64,000 bases of DNA, taken from Candidatus Micrarchaeota archaeon (lineage in GTDB: Archaea > Micrarchaeota > Micrarchaeia > Norongarragalinales > SBBD01). This document shows, in pieces, positions 61,186 through 64,000 of the stretch (positions are counted from its first letter, which is position 1; each line of letters begins with the position of its first letter). Location of the stretch: positions 23,576-87,575 of the forward strand of contig JAZDGU010000029.1 of the NCBI GenBank assembly GCA_043806595.1, in the 5' to 3' direction. Position numbers and translations under genes: made by a program. Under the pieces are notes generated by a model. That model ran no database searches. It worked only from the letters and a program-made list of their open reading frames with translations, and had not been told where the DNA came from.

Positions 61186-61644
61186 ATGGGTTTTGTCTCG
61201 TTGCAGGCGGCAGGGCTCCTGCAGTTCTTCGACGACTTCGCGTTCGTCATCGGAATAATCGTCTTCGCATACATCCTTTTCTGGCTGTATGCGAGCTTCA
61301 GGGACGTGCCGATACTCTTCGGCCTCGCATCAATAGTCGCCGCATACTTCACCATACTGCAGCCGCTGCCCACTATCGTTCTCGTGGTCATCTTCGGCGC
61401 GTTCATCATGATGGGCATGCACTTCCAGATGCTCATCCAGTTCGGAGTGTACCCGCTTCTCCGCTTCTTCGGGGTGGAGATGGAACACGAGGGAATGCAG
61501 GAGCAGCAGCACATGCAGGCGATAGAGAAGAAGCTCTCACACGGCGAGGAGCTGACGCGCGAGGAGGAGGACTTCCTCAAGAAGCGCGAGAACACTCAGC
61601 AGCAGTACCAGCAGAAGGTGCAGAACGTCCTGGGTAGGTTGTGA
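61186..61644 (+). CDS. Multi-TM membrane protein with a Gln/Glu-rich tail
   Basis: Three to four hydrophobic helices; host-like codon usage. Confidence 0.8.
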   Translation: MGFVSLQAAGLLQFFDDFAFVIGIIVFAYILFWLYASFRDVPILFGLASIVAAYFTILQPLPTIVLVVIFGAFIMMGMHFQMLIQFGVYPLLRFFGVEMEHEGMQEQQHMQAIEKKLSHGEELTREEEDFLKKRENTQQQYQQKVQNVLGRL

Positions 61645-61910
61645 TGGCTTTCCTCGGCGGCATATTCGATTGGGTCGGCTACCTGTGGTGGCTGTGGCTG
61701 TTCATCCTGGCGTACTTCTACTACAACTGGGTCCGCGAACATCTTTTCTTCTCCCCCGTGCTTGTGACGGTCGTGGGATTCATCCTGATATACTACCTGG
61801 TCGTGCAGTATCCTATCATCGGCTCTCTCGGCATCGTGGTATACATGCTCCTGTTCTCCGGAATCCTGTACCTGCTCCCCATGTTCCTGCCGTTCCTCAA
61901 GAAAAGGTGA
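61644..61910 (+). CDS. Small multi-TM membrane protein
   Basis: TGATG overlap with the previous gene; almost entirely hydrophobic. Confidence 0.8.
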   Translation: MAFLGGIFDWVGYLWWLWLFILAYFYYNWVREHLFFSPVLVTVVGFILIYYLVVQYPIIGSLGIVVYMLLFSGILYLLPMFLPFLKKR

Positions 61911-61926
61911 ATCGAAGGGTGATCGC

Positions 61927-62280
61927 GTGGTAAAAGCAAGGCAGTTCCTCAAGGCGTACAGCGCGGTCCACCAGACGAGGGCGTCGTGGTACCACCTGCA
62001 GTGGCGGGTTTTCGCCGCGCTGCTCGCAGCAGCCGCGGTCGCGCTGATACACAGCCATTTGGTGAACAATTACGCCACCATCGTGCCGGGCCACCTGACT
62101 CTGCTCGGGGAGCAGTACTTCTACTGGTTCATGGCCGGCGGGCTGTTCGGCATCGTCGCGGTTGCCGCGGTTTTCGAGGGCGAGTTCCTGCTCGGCGTGA
62201 GAAGGGTCGCGCACGAGGTCGAGGACGAGGCCAGGCAGGAGTTCAGGCAAGACCGAAGGCGGGCAGGCCGGAAGAGATAA
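61927..62280 (+). CDS. Two-TM membrane protein
   Basis: GGTGA upstream of the GTG start; two hydrophobic helices and a charged tail. Confidence 0.7.
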   Translation: MVKARQFLKAYSAVHQTRASWYHLQWRVFAALLAAAAVALIHSHLVNNYATIVPGHLTLLGEQYFYWFMAGGLFGIVAVAAVFEGEFLLGVRRVAHEVEDEARQEFRQDRRRAGRKR

Positions 62281-62378
62281 AAGCCGCGGAGCCTATAAGG
62301 ATTGCAACGGCAGGGACCGCAAGGCTTGTTGCCTCAAACCCGCACCGCCCGCAGGGGGGTGGCGCAGGGGGGATATAT

Positions 62379-63545
62379 TTGGCAGTGGAATTCGAGCTCG
62401 TCGAAGACAGGCTCGTCGTGAAGGACCTGATTTCCGTGCAGGCTCTCGACAAGGGGCACTTCGGCAGCGAAAACCCCGAGAGCAAGGCGCAGCTTATACT
62501 CATGCCCGAGGAGGCGCTCTACCTCATAGACGTGAGGAACGCTGTCTGCCGCAGGAACAAGCGGGGGGCGTCCTTCAACGACGTCGCCCGCAGGTTCGCC
62601 AACAGCAGGAAGTTCCTCGCGCGCTACTACTGCTACAGGGACTGGAGGGACCGCGGGCTCATCGCGCGCGGAATGGCGGAGGCGGCGGCGGATTACGGCA
62701 GGAGCCCCGTCATTAAATACCCTTCAAAGGAGGGGAAGTTCCCCAAGGTCAAAGCGCGAGCGCTGTTCTTCTCCGACGACCTCATGTCCGTCATCGATGA
62801 CGACGACGAGGGCCGCAGGCTCTATGATGAGGGATGGTTCGGGCAGTACGGCACGTACAAGGCCAAGAAGCACGGCCGCTTCCTCAAGCTCGACGCCTAC
62901 GAGACGCTCTTCCTCATGCGCCACGCGGGAATGAAGGCGAACCTGAAGGAGAAGCGCGTGCTCAAGGACTGTTTGAGGCGCAGGCCGGACTTCGGCGCGC
63001 TTTACGAGGTATACGAGGACTGGAGGCTGCGCGACTTCGTGCTAAAGACTGGGTTCAAGTTCGGCACCCACTTCCGGCTGTACTTCCCCGGCGCATCACC
63101 GGCGCTCGCGAACGACGAGTGGATGCACAGCAAGCACGTAGTGCACGTGTTCCCCCGCGACAGCAAGATGCTCATCAGCGAGTGGGCGCGCGCAATCCGC
63201 GTGGCTCACGGCGTGAAGAAGACGTTCATCCTCGCGATTCCGGGGGCGAGGAAGGCGGAAGGCGTCGCCGGTGCCGACTTCCTGCTATACCACAGGAAGA
63301 AGGGCGGCCTTATCGAGAACCCGAGGGAGGACAAGCCGAAGTACGTCATGCTGGCGCTCAGCGAGGAGGAGGAGATCGGGGGAGAGGAGCTCGCCGGCGC
63401 CATAGAGCGGGCTAAGGGACTGGGGCTCGACCTCATGCTCGCCATCTGCGACAGGGAGACCTCCATCACGTACTACCGGATCAAGCGCGTGGAACTGCCG
63501 AAGAGCAAGTACGAATATTATGAAATCGAGTGGACGCAGCCTTGA
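62379..63545 (+). CDS. endA: tRNA-intron endonuclease, three-unit epsilon2 (ARMAN)-like, ~388 aa
   Basis: EEALYL unit; GTYKAKKH loop; KTGFKFGTHFRLY...HSKH...RVAHGVKK catalytic Tyr/His/Lys; terminal beta-type unit LAICDRETSITYY. TTG start inferred. Confidence 0.92.
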   Translation: MAVEFELVEDRLVVKDLISVQALDKGHFGSENPESKAQLILMPEEALYLIDVRNAVCRRNKRGASFNDVARRFANSRKFLARYYCYRDWRDRGLIARGMAEAAADYGRSPVIKYPSKEGKFPKVKARALFFSDDLMSVIDDDDEGRRLYDEGWFGQYGTYKAKKHGRFLKLDAYETLFLMRHAGMKANLKEKRVLKDCLRRRPDFGALYEVYEDWRLRDFVLKTGFKFGTHFRLYFPGASPALANDEWMHSKHVVHVFPRDSKMLISEWARAIRVAHGVKKTFILAIPGARKAEGVAGADFLLYHRKKGGLIENPREDKPKYVMLALSEEEEIGGEELAGAIERAKGLGLDLMLAICDRETSITYYRIKRVELPKSKYEYYEIEWTQP

Positions 63546-63573
63546 CCAAGGGGATTTTTCTTGAATAAAACGG

Positions 63574-63873
63574 GTGACCGGCTTGCCTGAGGAAGCCGCC
63601 CGGGAGTTTATCGGTGAACTCAGGGACCGTATGCGGAGAAGGTCCTGGAAACTGGTATCGCTGCACGGAAATGAGGTGCATGCGCCTCCGGAAGCATTCC
63701 ACTGGCAGGACCTGCCCCAAGGAATCAAGGTGGCGGCCGGATTGGGCTTGATTCAGAAGAAGTTCCTTGAAAATCATAATGACGCGCGGTATCGAAGGGG
63801 ATTGCCGAAGGACATCCGGGGGCACGCGAAAGAGTGTACGATTGAAGGAATAAAAAAAATTGTAAGGGGTTAG
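63574..63873 (+). CDS. Hypothetical basic orphan
   Basis: 99-aa ORF after endA with lower GC; no motif. Confidence 0.4.
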   Translation: MTGLPEEAAREFIGELRDRMRRRSWKLVSLHGNEVHAPPEAFHWQDLPQGIKVAAGLGLIQKKFLENHNDARYRRGLPKDIRGHAKECTIEGIKKIVRG

Positions 63874-64000
63874 TTTTGTAGCCAACCGAAAAGCGTAAAA
63901 TTCCGTCCTACATTGCCTTTTTACTCGGCGTGGACCCACCTCGTCGAATAGTTGAACTTCCTTGGTTTGTCCTGACTGCGAACAATTAGCCAAACGCGTC

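Noticed and set aside
62290..62378. Hairpins upstream of endA as a possible autoregulatory BHB substrate
   Set aside because: No convincing 4-bp helix with two 3-nt bulges was found.

Overview
Archaeal chromosomal DNA, GC-rich by eye. It is most consistent with a DPANN archaeon of the Micrarchaeota type, because it encodes a ~388-aa three-unit (epsilon2/ARMAN-like) tRNA splicing endonuclease. The core content is a uL15-secY-EMC3-eL34-cmk-eL14-Cbf5 cluster, aIF2-gamma, EF-1alpha/uS10, carAB, Kae1, PolD (DP1 and DP2), a phosphohexomutase and EndA. There is also a tRNA-Arg(GCG) split by a non-canonical 56-nt T-loop intron, a ~3657-aa membrane-anchored surface protein, and an AT-richer ~14-kb island of surface proteins right after polC. 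The most unusual signals are: (1) the last ~20 codons of two essential genes (rps10 and polC) are each duplicated 65-75 nt downstream, differ only at synonymous positions, and are separated by hairpin spacers; (2) a ~93-nt Y-shaped RNA with 5S-rRNA-like motifs sits just upstream of tuf; (3) the giant surface protein carries a compositionally distinct domain bracketed by hydrophobic helices; (4) lower-GC, basic orphan genes are wedged into conserved loci. All calls come from reading the sequence and recalled motifs. No database searches were run, and GC statements are visual estimates.
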